A stretch of 64,000 nucleotides of DNA. Source: Yuukianura sp. NJ FZ-2021 (taxonomy: Eukaryota). The notes under the pieces were generated by a model. That model was not told where the DNA came from. It did no database searches and was given only the letters and a program-made list of their open reading frames with translations. Position numbers and translations under genes: made by a program. Location of the stretch: positions 2,046,001 to 2,110,000 of the forward strand of contig CM102290.1 in NCBI GenBank assembly GCA_046563655.1. The letters run 5' to 3'. Positions 51,637 to 63,935 of the stretch are shown one piece after another; position 1 is the first letter of the stretch, and every line of letters begins with the position of its first letter.

Positions 51637-53718
51637 TATTTAGACAAATCTAACTTTCTTACTCTAATCTGATATAAATTAGCATTCTCTTATAGTAACT
51701 CATAATTGCAAGAATTTGAATTTTGTAGAAGCGCGAAAGTAAAATTTGGAAAAGAGAAAGTGATACTGTAGAACCTTGTTTTAAGACGACTGTTTTGGAG
51801 CTTCTCTGTTAAAATGTTCTTTTAGGGATCGTCTGGCCATAGTCCCGCATGAACGTAGCGTAGCAGAGGGGTAGAATAGGATTTCTGTTCAAGAACAAGA
51901 CAGGGACTTTTTTTCGTAGTGTAGAAAAGGAAGTGAAGCGAAGAAATCGAAACGAAGAAAACTTTTTCAGTGGAATCAACATTTTAAAACCAAGTTTAGA
52001 TTTTCTTCGAAAAAAAAAAGTCTTCTCAGATTTTGTAAAATGGAAGTAGAGAATGGTCAAGTCTTAGGTTTTAAGAGAGAAAGGAGAGACATCGGATTAG
52101 AGTTTTATTGAAGGCACGCGCTTTTTTCTTCTTCTGAAAGGTCCATAGATGTTCGATGGAAACTTAGTTACGATAGTCTTTCGTTAGGTAGTTGATTTTG
52201 ATGATGTTAGAAAGAAAACCCACAGCATGATGTTCCTTTTCTCCTCAAAATCGGAACTTTCATTTCATTACAAATTCCAAGCAACCCGTTTCTTTGTGGC
52301 CAGTGAGTTCCTTGTACAAAAAAAAATTCAATTTTGTCAAAAGAAATTTTTAACCGCCTTTTTTAATTTTCAAACTTGTTTCTTTTTGAAAACTTGAGGA
52401 ACATCAATGTTTTGGTAATGAAATGTTTTTGGTTCGAAAACAATTTTATTTGAACTTTCTTTCACACGAGAAAGCAAAACCACCTTTTTTCTTTTTTCTT
52501 TAATTTGAGTGAATTGGCCACAAATGGAATTTGTGTCAGATCCAATTTCAACAAAAATGAAAACGAAAGTTGGCCGTCATGGCGCGGCGGAGTCAAAACC
52601 TTTGCTCGATTTTTTTTTGGTCAATGTGTTTTCTTGCTCCGTTTGTGTATCTCAACATCAGACGAGGACTTATTGAGGTCATTTTAAAAGTAACGCGCCG
52701 CAGCCGTTTTTCTTGTGCCTCCCTCTTTGCATTTTATGGCAGCAAGGAACGACCATATTGATCCGTCCGTTTTCGAAAAAAAAAACACAATCAAAAACTA
52801 AACCATAAACATTTACAAAAATTGGCAAAAGACAAAGGTCGAGCCTTCGCGCGTCAAAATTATAAGGACGGCGTGATTTTTGAAATCTTTGAAGCCTTTT
52901 TTGAAACTCTTTTACTAAAATGCCATACATTGTATAAAAATAAGAATTTGACCACTTTCTTGAAGAAAAACAACACTCACGTCAGTTCAGGTTGGTATTA
53001 ATGCAAAACATAGTTTTTGGCTCTCCTATGACCGTTATCGTACAAAATTTTTAGTGCTTTATGCAGATTGCGGCTAAATGCTGTACTTTTTTTTTTTAGA
53101 ATTTTAGTGCAAAAGTTAGTACTACGTTAGAGTCAATGAAGATGACACTGTGATGCACAGTTCAAATTCTGGCGGTTTTTTTTGATCAATTTGATCCAAT
53201 TGGATGACCCATACGCTTTTAAATTCCTGTGATTTCGACGGTTCGGTTTTTTTTTTGGAAATTCGATACTTAACCAACAGTGTGCCGCGGATGTATCAGA
53301 GAACGCAGTGTTTGAACAGAGCGCCTTTTCTCTTTCAATTCCGCCGTTTCCTTTCTTTCACTTTTAAAACATGGAACCAAGCACTCCTATTTCTCTTCGG
53401 CCCGCGGAATTCAATTTGGAAAAGTAGAAGATAAAGTTGCGCGGTTTTTAGTGGCCCTGGAGCTCCCGGCCTTTGTGTCCCACCGAGACCCACGGCGGGT
53501 GGCATCTACCACTCTCCAAAAAATAGATCCACCATGGAACACAGAGAGATGAACTTTGTTCGAAGCGACCGGGAGCAAGAATGGGAACGTCTGTCCCAAT
53601 TTGCCCCCAAAAAAGACAAAGTCAGCGGGTGAGAAGTTATGAATTTATGAATCTGATCTGATTTGGCATCAAATCCAAAAGTTTCCCCAAATCCCCCCAC
53701 CTTGTGACCCCCCACTTC

Positions 53719-53960
53719 CAAGGTTCCTTGACTATGAAAAGCTAATTTTCTTTAACAGGTCGAGTGCTACCTCGTTTGTTGACGAAAACTTGGTATCAAT
53801 CAAAAAAATTGGTACCAATTTGTATGCAAAATTTAAAAAATTCGGCTGTATTGCTATGACTACGATGCCCGGAAATGAAAGTACACTTTTTTTTTGCAAA
53901 ATCAAAGAAACATGAGGTATTACTCAACCTCCTACAGAAAATCAAAGTCACCAAACATTG
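53719..53960 (+). mobile_element. P-superfamily-like MITE, family A
   Basis: CAAGGTTCCTTGAC...GTCACCAAACATTG; family A interior; flanks share cccact. Confidence 0.87.
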
Positions 53961-56261
53961 TCCCACTCCCACTCCCCATTCTCCCCTCAAACTCTGTTAG
54001 TTTATATTTCACTTTAGCTGGTCTTGTAAATAATCTTCTGTCTAAAATGTTTAACTACTAGTACTTTAGAGAAAAAAATAAGAAAGGTCTCGAGCGTTAG
54101 AGAAAGAAAGTGTATAACTTTTCATTTTTGAAAATTTGGATTCGAAAAGTGGAAGATTTTTCAGAAGAGCCTTTCTTTTTTGGAAAGTTCCATTTTGGAG
54201 TTGGCTCATTTGTCAATCCGAATGTGCCATGAGACGAAAGAGAAAGCTAAGCTATGAGTTGGTTTCGGAGAATCTACTACGGCTTAGGATCTCGGTAGCT
54301 CGAAATAGCTAGCTACTCTTCTAGAGGAACTCTAAAAAACTTTGACGTCAGCAGTTGGTCTCGGAGGCTTTGACCTTTACATTCTAGACGCAAAAGGAAC
54401 CTAGAGAAAGCTAGATTTAACCTAACCGTTACGACTGAAGCTGACCCACACAAAAAGTTACCAATCAAAACATATCAAGGTTGGAAAACATTTCAATTAG
54501 CCACTCTACAGGAAACTTGTTTTCTAACTTCTAAAAATAACTTTCACTCTCAACAATTTCAAACTAGAAAATCCAAAATCTGAACCTTTTAAAAAATTGA
54601 TTTTTTTTTAAATTTTAAAGTTTGGCATTGTTTCATTGCTCGAGGTTCCCCTCGTCTCCAATATCCTGCTTCTATCGATTACACATATTACGAACTCTGT
54701 CGCTTTTGCTTCCTAACCGAACCAGCTGCCTCAGATCACTTTCTCCTTCCAGTCGATTCTTTCTGTAGAATTTCAAATTCACTACCACCACCACAAAAAA
54801 TCGAACTTTTTTCTACTATAAAGTTTGAAAAAGTTAGAAGAAAGAAAAAAAATGTGCACCTCAGAAACAAACAGCAGATGGGACACACTTTTTCTCGAAC
54901 CAAAAATCCCTTCATAGTCTATTTTAAGCTACAGCCACTAGATTTATTCTTCTTCTGCAACATAACCCACAGAAAACTTTTCATACTTTCACACAATTGA
55001 CTTTGAAAAGTAAAAAACAACGACAATTTTTAACAAAAATTCATCTTTCATGAAAAAAAAATCACTTTTTTTTAATTTTTTGTTTAAAACCAACTTGACG
55101 CAATTCAATTATCTTTCGTTGTGAAACTTACATCGCTGTTGAGAGGTCACGTGATGAGACAAAGGTCAACAAAAAAATTTACTTTTTTTGGCAGGAAAAG
55201 TTTAAGACTGGGCGCTTTGGTTCCAATCTCAGTAAAGTTTAGGAGGGAAAAGTGTGTTTGAAGAGTTTGGCGGGAAACTGCGAATGTCTTCGTCGCTCCA
55301 ATGTCATCAAAAATTCAAATCGATTCTTGTCGTCTACAAATGTAGAAGGAGAGACGGAGACTAGGACTTTTTAGAGGAAGCGGTAAAACTTAAATTGGAA
55401 TTTCAAAATGTGATTAGTAAGGCACATTGAGTGAAATCGATAGTAGTGGGAACTTCACTTTCTAAACTTTCACAATATGCTTCATCTTCTTTTTTAATCC
55501 TCTCCTTTCTCCAACTTTTTTTCTTTTTCCAAATTTGTTTTCACACTTCTTCAATCTTGACTAACCGTCCATAACGTCATTTCTTTTTTCATCATGTCCC
55601 ATTCATCTCTTTATCTTTGCCATGCGACATTGTTTCCAAATTTCAAAATTTCAAAGAAATTCAAATTCATACATTACGAAATCACCCAAGAATTAAATTT
55701 CCAACATTACAAAATTGCGAAACGGTTCCGAATTGAAAAAAAAATAGGACAATGTTGTAAATCAGTAGAGTTGAGAGCTCAGTTATAACTTTTGCAAGAA
55801 TTTTTGAGCTTAAGTGTAGACTAGGGTAGGATTTTTTTTGATTGGTTAGGATAGATGGTGGAGCGGGAAACTTTGGTTTTTGGGTGGGACTCTCGTGGTG
55901 GGACGTGAGTGATGGGATTGGAACTGGGGGCAGGGTAGAATTGGAAGTTTGGAGCGTGGTGATGGTGGGACTGGCACTTTCTGTGAAGCCCCCTTCAGAG
56001 TCTGTCTTGCTGGATGCTGCCAGTTGCTTTATATGCTTCATGGTCAAGTTGGTTTTCTCCTTTGGTGGAATGCTCTCTTCTGCCTGTTGTGTCATTCTTA
56101 ATCTTCCTTCACGCCGTGACGACTCGCTCCTTTCTTCCCTCGCCCCATGCTCTATCTCCGTCTATACCACTTTCACCATAGGAATTAAATGGAAGGAACC
56201 TTCACAAATACTTTTTCCCCATTTTAGGTTAGCCTAGTTTCACTAGTTTTCAGTTCTAACC

Positions 56262-56509
56262 CAAGGTTCCTTGACAACAAAAAATTAATTTTCTTTAAAA
56301 GGTTGGATACAACCTCGCTTGTTGACAAACAAAAACGAAGAAAGCCAATCCAAAAATTTGGTACCAATTCGTATGCAAAATTTCAAATATTTGGCTGTAT
56401 TGTTATGACTACGATGCGAAATACGAAATCAAATGAACACTTTTTTGTTGCAAAATCAAACATGAGGTATTACCCAACCTGTTAAAGAAATCAAAGTCAA
56501 CAAACCTTG
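56262..56509 (+). mobile_element. P-superfamily-like MITE, family A
   Basis: CAAGGTTCCTTGACAAC...GTCAACAAACCTTG; family A interior; flanks gttctaacc/attccaact. Confidence 0.88.
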
Positions 56510-59500
56510 ATTCCAACTCCCTTCCTCAGACACTGCCTGATGAAGGCCTCTCCAGAAGAAGTTAGGGGGCTGAAAAGAAAGTTGAATGATTTAGTAGGAG
56601 TTGATGAGGTGGAGAGATGAGCCAGTGGAAGTGTCATATGAGGAGAACAAATGATAAGGCAGGACCATTCCCTCTAGGCCATGGACAACAACACTTCATC
56701 TGGCCCACACCAATCTCACACTCTGGCAATTGAACAACACACAAAGTTGCAGACTCAGATGACTTTCTCCTAGGATACTGGAAGGGGAAAATCGATGGTG
56801 GAATTGGAAGGAGAGAGCGAACTGTACTTTCACTCATATTGTTTCCAAACTCCCATTAAGTTTCTCCAGTCTGTGGATGCGGCTGGACCACTTTTAGCAA
56901 TAGACATCCGTCAATTCAATTACCACACTTCCCATGCACTTTCCCAATTTCATCTTATTCCATCTTCACCCAACTTAGGCTCTCACTCAACACTTCCAAC
57001 TTTGTTTCAATTACAAATGTTCACACCAACAAAGTTCATCTCTTCCCAACATAGAACTTCCAACATAAGTTTCACTCCAGTCATTCAAGGTCACCCATTT
57101 CTCACTGGCAAAGGCCACTTGCTTAAGTTCAACCCATTCTCACAAACGTCTCAAGGTTAGTTAGCTTCTTAAACAAACTTATGATGGTCAGCTAGTGTCG
57201 CCAAATTGAACTGATCTAGCCAACACCAGCGAAGAAAAAGTGAGCTAGTAGCGTCTAAGTGTTGGTGGAAGCTAAAGCGTCCAGTGGCTTAATTCCCACT
57301 TCCAGTGGATATCCACTGGACAAAATGTGCCCCAAATGGACCAAACTATAGGTGGATGGAAGAAATCAAAAACTTAGAGCGAAATTTAAAAAAAATCAAA
57401 TTAGTCCGGCTCATCTAACCTCGTTTAACGCGATCTGGCTAACGTCACGTTGTTTTTGTTAGGCTGGACTTGTGAAAGTCAGCTAGCGTCGTCTACTAAC
57501 ACTATGCTGGTGGAGCCAGCTAACGTTGTCTTAGTACAAGCCGGTCAAGGTCAGTTGGCTGACTGTCAAATGTTTTGTAGGTCAGGTCCAACCAGCCAAG
57601 AAAAAGTGGTCAGCCGAGAAAGAGTTTTGGTTGGGTTAGTACAAGTAAAAAGTTAGCTACAAAGTTGGACACATCTGGAAGCTAGAAAGTTAGTTGTGGA
57701 CAAAGAAGAGTAAAGAGTAGGGATGGTCAAAAAAGTTATTGGGTGTTTATAACTGGAGTGTTCACAGCAGAGTAGACTGTCAAAGTTACGTTAAAAGAGG
57801 TTTTGGATTCTTTTGGTTTGTTAAAGGATGACTCGCAAGTTTTGGTTTAGGAACTTGAAAGGAGGGAGAAAGTCCATGGAGCGCCAAAACTTGAAAAGTT
57901 GGTGACTAACGTTCAGTTCCCGTTTTTTTCCATACGTGCAAGACTTTCCAAAGGAAGGATTAACCCATGTTAGTGTCTCTAGAAGTAACGGATTAGAATC
58001 TCTCGCCAAAGAGAAAGCTATACACTATAAAAACAGATCATAATTTTTGGAGTTAGTTTCTGTCCTGTTGCCCCAATTCTGTGTTTTAGCCAGCCTCTTA
58101 TCCTGACCATTTTCTCTTGTGCAAAAAACTTGGTGTGGCTCATTAAGACTTTTAGCTTCTTCTCCTTTCCACGTCCAAACTGAAACCGTCCATGAACCAG
58201 TGACAAAGAATAGTTTTCACAATACTAAGAAAAACCTTTTGTTCTGTACATACTAGTTCTATATTGAGGTTATGGTGGAGAGTCCAGCTGGAAAAAGTTA
58301 GACCTACGTTGTCGCAGCTAGGATCGTCTAGTCTGAGCTATGTTCAAGACAGAGGAAAAGTTTGAGTCAGTTCTAAGCCGATTACTTCTTCCTTCTCATG
58401 AATGAGTCTAAAAATTCTTTCTTATCGTTTATCTTTCATTTCCTCTTTCCCGCGCTTTCTCTCGTGCGACTTTCACCCAAGTCAGTTCCTTCTTAAAAAG
58501 TTCTAACTTTCTGAGGCTGACTGTCTCTCCCACGGTTAGGCTTTAGGGTCCACCACTGCTTCGTTTTTTGGTTAGACTTCGGCCCACCCCAAATGTCAAA
58601 GGGCTTCGGTTTTTCTTAAATTCATTCTTGAAAGCCAGAGAAAGAGAAAGAAAAAGACGGGATCTCGTTCCTAAATCTTCGAAAAGTGCCGGGGATTCAT
58701 CCTGCTCTAAGTGACAGCTTAGCCTTCTTCTCCTCTCTACTTTTTTTTTATTTAAAAGGAAGAGACAAGCAGTTTTCAGCAGGAAAAGCGGAGAATAAGG
58801 GAACCATTTAGGTTAGGGAATTGTGGAGAGCACAAAAGTATTCATTAAACACTCCAATAAATCCCATCGTTCCAATCAGGATTTGCCCACCACAGAGAGA
58901 GAGAAAAGCAGTAGAAGAAGGGCAACCACAGCAGAAGGCCCATTCGCATTTTTAATGTACCGAATAGCCACTCCCTCTGTCTACTAACGTTAGGTTTTGT
59001 CTTCTCTTCCAAAATGGCCTGTTTTGAGTCGATCCACGTTGAAGATTTGTTCTTGTGGAGCTCCTAGAAGACGAAAACGAGGAGGTTCGTAAAAACCACT
59101 TCAAGAGGTCATCAAATTCCGAGGAAAACGACGAACTTTCCAATTTTCTTAAGTTTGTCGTCGGCAGTTTCAATTCGGATTCGGTTTTAATGGAATCGAC
59201 AGAACTGAAAACCACAGCCGGTAAAAGTAGGTTTTTGTTTTATTGAATTTTTTTGGTGTTTGAAATTTGGCGGTAAAACAAAGAGGTGCGTTTGAGCAGG
59301 AGAATGAATGGTAAGCTGTCAGAACCATTGATGTCTTTAGAAAGTATGATGTTAACCAGTAGGACTCTTGGACTGTGAAACAAGAGAACATAGCGTTTGT
59401 TTTTTGTTGGCGTAAGACTTACGTTTACTCTCCTCTGTCGAGCGAGGGAGTGGCCGCAATACAATGGTTGTCAACTGGGAACATTTTTTGTTTCGGAAAC

Positions 59501-62302
59501 AATCCAGGGACCGTAGAGTAATTTATCATTTGCAACAAAGAAACATAACATAACTATAGTTAGGTTAGATTAAAGCTTTTGTTCACTCTGGAGTGTGGGA
59601 GAACAGGTCGATCCGCTCAAGTGGCTCGATTTTCAAAAAAAAAAAACTTTTACTTTAAAAAAGTTTTACTTTAACTTTTTTGACCTACAAACTACCAGAG
59701 TTTGGAAAAATGTCAAAGGTCATGAGGAAGTGAAAGGGCAAGCAAAAAAAGTTTTGTCATTATGCGACTTTCTTCAAACCAATTTAAGTTTGGCAGTATT
59801 TCCCGCTGTTGTCATACAAAGTTTCAAAATTTATTGAAACTATTTTGTAAATTCAAAGTTTTTTCAAACCTCTTTTTTTTGCAAAAAAAAAACTGCTTTT
59901 CAGCGAATTCCATTTTTTTAAAACTTTGAATGAAATGAATTGAATTTAAAAATTTTAAATTTTAAAATTCTTTTAAATCCTGTTTTCCCGCTGTTGCTGT
60001 TTTCTACACATCCTTTTTGGTGGCTAAAACTGAGTCGTAAGTTTGTTCTTTTGAGGAAAAGGTTTTGAAGAGTCATTTCAAGTGTTGTTTTCGCTTTCAT
60101 TTGTCATGAGATAGGCGCTAAAATCCAAAGGACTCCAAAGCTCAAAAGTTGTTTGGAAAAGTTTAGAAGAGGGACTCAAATGATCCTTTAGGAGCCTTCT
60201 GAACGAAGAAACACGGCTAGAAAGCATAGAGAAAGCCCATTCTTCCTCTAAATTCCTAATGTATGCTCTCATCCTCCTTTAGGTTAGTCTTTTGTGCAAA
60301 AGTGGAGGGAGTAACTACTGAACACAAAGTTAGTTCCACCAAAACACTTCCTTCACCCAAACTTTTAATCTTTCTCTCTCATGCCACCAGACAGACATTC
60401 CTTATGATGAATATTTGGTGGGATAACGGAGTTTTGGAGCACTTCAAACTTTTTAGGCCATAGGTTTCTTTCCCTACAAGTTTTCAAAACTCTTTCCTCT
60501 TTTTTCAAAAAGAAAAGTTTTGGTATTCGAGAAGAGGTGAAATCTCAAAAAAGGAGAAAGTGAGGCTGATTGAACAACTTTCTTATGGTTTTTGAAATTG
60601 CACAAAAATTTTGAATTTTGCAAGATGCAGTGAATAGGGGTATGCACAAAGGAACTTGTTTTGGAGGGGGGGGGGTATGCTGGTTTGAAGTTAGGAGAAA
60701 CCTGATGGGGGGGGGTCAAAGGTTATATTGAGAAGTGGTGGGTCAATTCCTATTTGGCGGGAATAACTTAACCTTGACATGGCATTGGAGGTCAAAAGTG
60801 ATTTGGTGAGAATTGGTTGGAATGGGGGCGGGGTAAAGTTTTGAGAAAGTGTGCGGGAGAGTTTAGCAATCCCCCCCTCAGCTTTCGTAGAACTAGAAAG
60901 TTGGTGTGAATTCCACTGAGGCCAATTTCTCCAATTTGAAATTAACTCGTTTTAGAAGTAAATAGCATTTCACTCTGCAGCATCTGCCCCCTCTAAATAA
61001 TTACTCCGCCCGAAGTTTTGCCTTCGTCGAGCCACCATTCCTCGTCTCATCCGCCGATTCCAAACCCCACCCACAGAGCAGTGTTTAGATTAATGGCCTA
61101 CGAAGGCCCTTCTGTTCCCTGCAGGGTCTGGAGGGAGCATAACTTTGCATTAAGCACTTACCGTCTCCCAAATCAAGGGCACTTCGAGGCAGCTTTCTCC
61201 TTTCCCGCCATTCCCCAAGACGCCGTCCAAATTAGGCCATGGACAGGAATCCTTAATGAATGGAGGCACAAACACACCCAACAGTTGGAACCATGTGCTC
61301 AAACCCACCAACCACCGCCCCTCCCCCGCCCCCACCACAATAAACACGTACGGTGGCTCAATTATCAGGATCTTGAGTCCTCCGTTTCGAATTTCAACAG
61401 TACGGTGTGCACGTATCTAAAACAATTAGGCATATTTCTACATCGCTTTTCATTTCTTTTATTTCGAGTAATGGAACTTTATGTGACTCAAAACGGAAGA
61501 AAATGGACAAAATCGATGATTTAATTTTATAAACTTAAAAAAAGGCCTATAGTTCTGTGGACAGTTAATTTAAACATGTCAATTTGAAGTTAAAATGTGA
61601 GGTTTATGGAAAAAGTAGGTAGAATTTGTTTGAAACTTTTTTTTTGAAAAAGTCTTTTATGGGTTTTGAAAGAGTTAGTCAATGGGCACAGAAAAGGAAA
61701 TCGACCGAATCCGCCAAGTTCTAAACATGGAAAAACTTTTCACTTTCACAGAGACTTTTTTTTTCTTGGAAATGAGAAATAATTTGGACGGGGTGGGTAG
61801 CGGAAAAAAACGAAAAAGTTTTTTTTCAGTGCTGTTTCGTTACTTTTCAAACGGTTTAGACCCTGTCACTCTTCCGAGTTTATCCAGGAAAAAAAAGTAC
61901 CGTAAATTTCCAATTAGTACTCCTTTCCTCAATGGTCGATGAAAGAAGTAGTAACCCGCCGTACTGTTTAAAAATCTACGGTACCAAAAATTCTAGATTT
62001 TGAATTTTTTTGGAGTATTGGCATGTTGGAAAATTTAGAATTTCGCACTTTATCTGTTTTGAGCATTATTAGGTTTAGGATCTATTCAAAGTTTATGAAA
62101 TCGATTGAGAAGCGTGTGTAAAAGTTAGGCTAAGTTTGAAACCGAATGTTCACAGAAGGAATGGCGAGAGAGTAATGTTTTGTCTGGTCGTAAAATCGGA
62201 GCACTTCCCTTTTGCTTGGTTTCTTGCCGCCATTTGGCATGATGGTCCTTCACTTCCTAAGTGGTGATGAGGTGAGGAAGAAGGGCAAAGGGCAAGAAGG
62301 CA

Positions 62303-62335
62303 ATGCTGGATGCTGGATGCTGGATACTGGATGCT
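62303..62335. repeat. 7-bp tandem repeat (ATGCTGG)x~4.7
   Basis: atgctggatgctggatgctggatactggatgct read directly from the sequence. Confidence 0.8.
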
Positions 62336-63935
62336 TCCAGCATCTCCTCCCAGAATGGAATCCCAAAATGAGTACCAAAAGTCTCTCTCCAGCTTTCGCT
62401 TCTAGACTAACCGTTAAGAGTCCGCTGAGCTTTTGAATTTTTTGAGCCGGAAGGAGCAATAGTTTTTCCGATGACGCCTTTAGTCGTTCCCTCTCATCCG
62501 TTTTTTCTAGCCCAAGCGGGAGAGGGAGAGAAAAAAAGCGGGAGAAAGGCATTTTGAAAATTATGGGCGATGATCTCTCTCCAACCAACTCCATAACACT
62601 GGTAGTAGTTACTCCATTTTTCAAAAATCAAATTTCGGAGCAGCGCTGTAACGGAGGAAAATGAAGCAAGGTGGAGCTCATAGGAGTTTAACCTAGGCTA
62701 ACAAAGGTCATAGGTTAAAATTTTTAAAAAAGAAAGTCAATCCGTCACTTGAATTGGAGTTACACGTTTTATGAAAGGTTGAGTGAGCTGCGTCCTTAAA
62801 CCTGTTTTTTTTTAAAGGTTTGGCTCTCCGTACGAGCACTGAGAATGAGCTCTACGGTAGTTCGGGCCCAAATGAGAATATTATGGAAATAAACAGTCAA
62901 AAATACGGTCGTGGCCAACCGGGAAAAATTTCATGAGTGACAATGAATATTCATGAGGAAGTGAAGGAGAGAAAATTTAAATTCCGAAGGAATAAAATCC
63001 CAGATCGATTTCAAAAAGTCGTCTACACACTTTTCATCTCTTTCTCTCCTTCTCTTCTTGGGTGAAACGTTCCTTCTGTACAAATTTTTACGTTCAAACA
63101 TATTTTAAATATAGTCACATGACCTTCTAGAGTTCAAATTAAAAATGGCAGGAATGTTTGAATTTCTTCTGAAATTTCGGTACAAGACATAACTCTAATT
63201 CGGTTTTATTGACACCCGAGTATCTTAATTGGAAATGACTTAGAATCTTCATATTCTTGACAAGGCTGCTCACTTTTGCTCAGTTTCAGCTCACTTTCAG
63301 TTCAACCCGGAAGCCGCTTTTGTTTGACGGGAGTTTCATTTTAATTTGCTAAGTTTGAATTTCCTGGGAAAAGTCTATTAGCAGGCAGAGTGAGGAAGGC
63401 GCTTTGATTGGAAAGTGAGGCAGCGGTGGTTTTTGGAAAATAATAGACATAAGTTCTTCAGGGGGAGCAAAAGTTACCCCCCCCCCCTTCGGATTTCTCA
63501 TCAGACTCATTAGGCCTGAAGAACACGTTAGACAATTTCCTTCCATTTATCGTTTTATAATGCTCCCAAGAACAAGGTAATGAAGATCATCCATCATCAA
63601 TTTCTCCACGGTTTTCAAGACTTTAGAATTTTCAACAGAGTCGGCGCAAGGTTTCTAATCTTTGGGTGGGAATAAGGCTTAGGTTAGCAGAATTGTTCTG
63701 GATAGTAGAATGGTGTGCTTGAAGCCCATTTCCGCCTAAGCCCTCTTCTCTGATTATTCCACCAACCGATCCACCGATTTATCTCCTGTCCAATGAAACA
63801 CTCCATGCATAACAAAAGGAACCAATGGGGGTGATGAGAACTCACCGACATGAAAGAAAACTCAATCCCACGGATTTGCCCCACCGTGGTGGCTCCGGAA
63901 CATTCCTAATCCAACTATGTTATTGTGTTTTTCAG

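Noticed and set aside
59055..59220. Acidic exon-like frame (VELLEDENEEVRK...) ending at a G|GTAAAA donor
   Set aside because: There is an in-frame stop just upstream, no good acceptor, no partner exons, and no place for it in the receptor protein.
61018..61524. 168-aa plus-strand ORF in the receptor intron
   Set aside because: Non-ATG start, no domain, no convincing splice sites, and it runs into AT-rich sequence.
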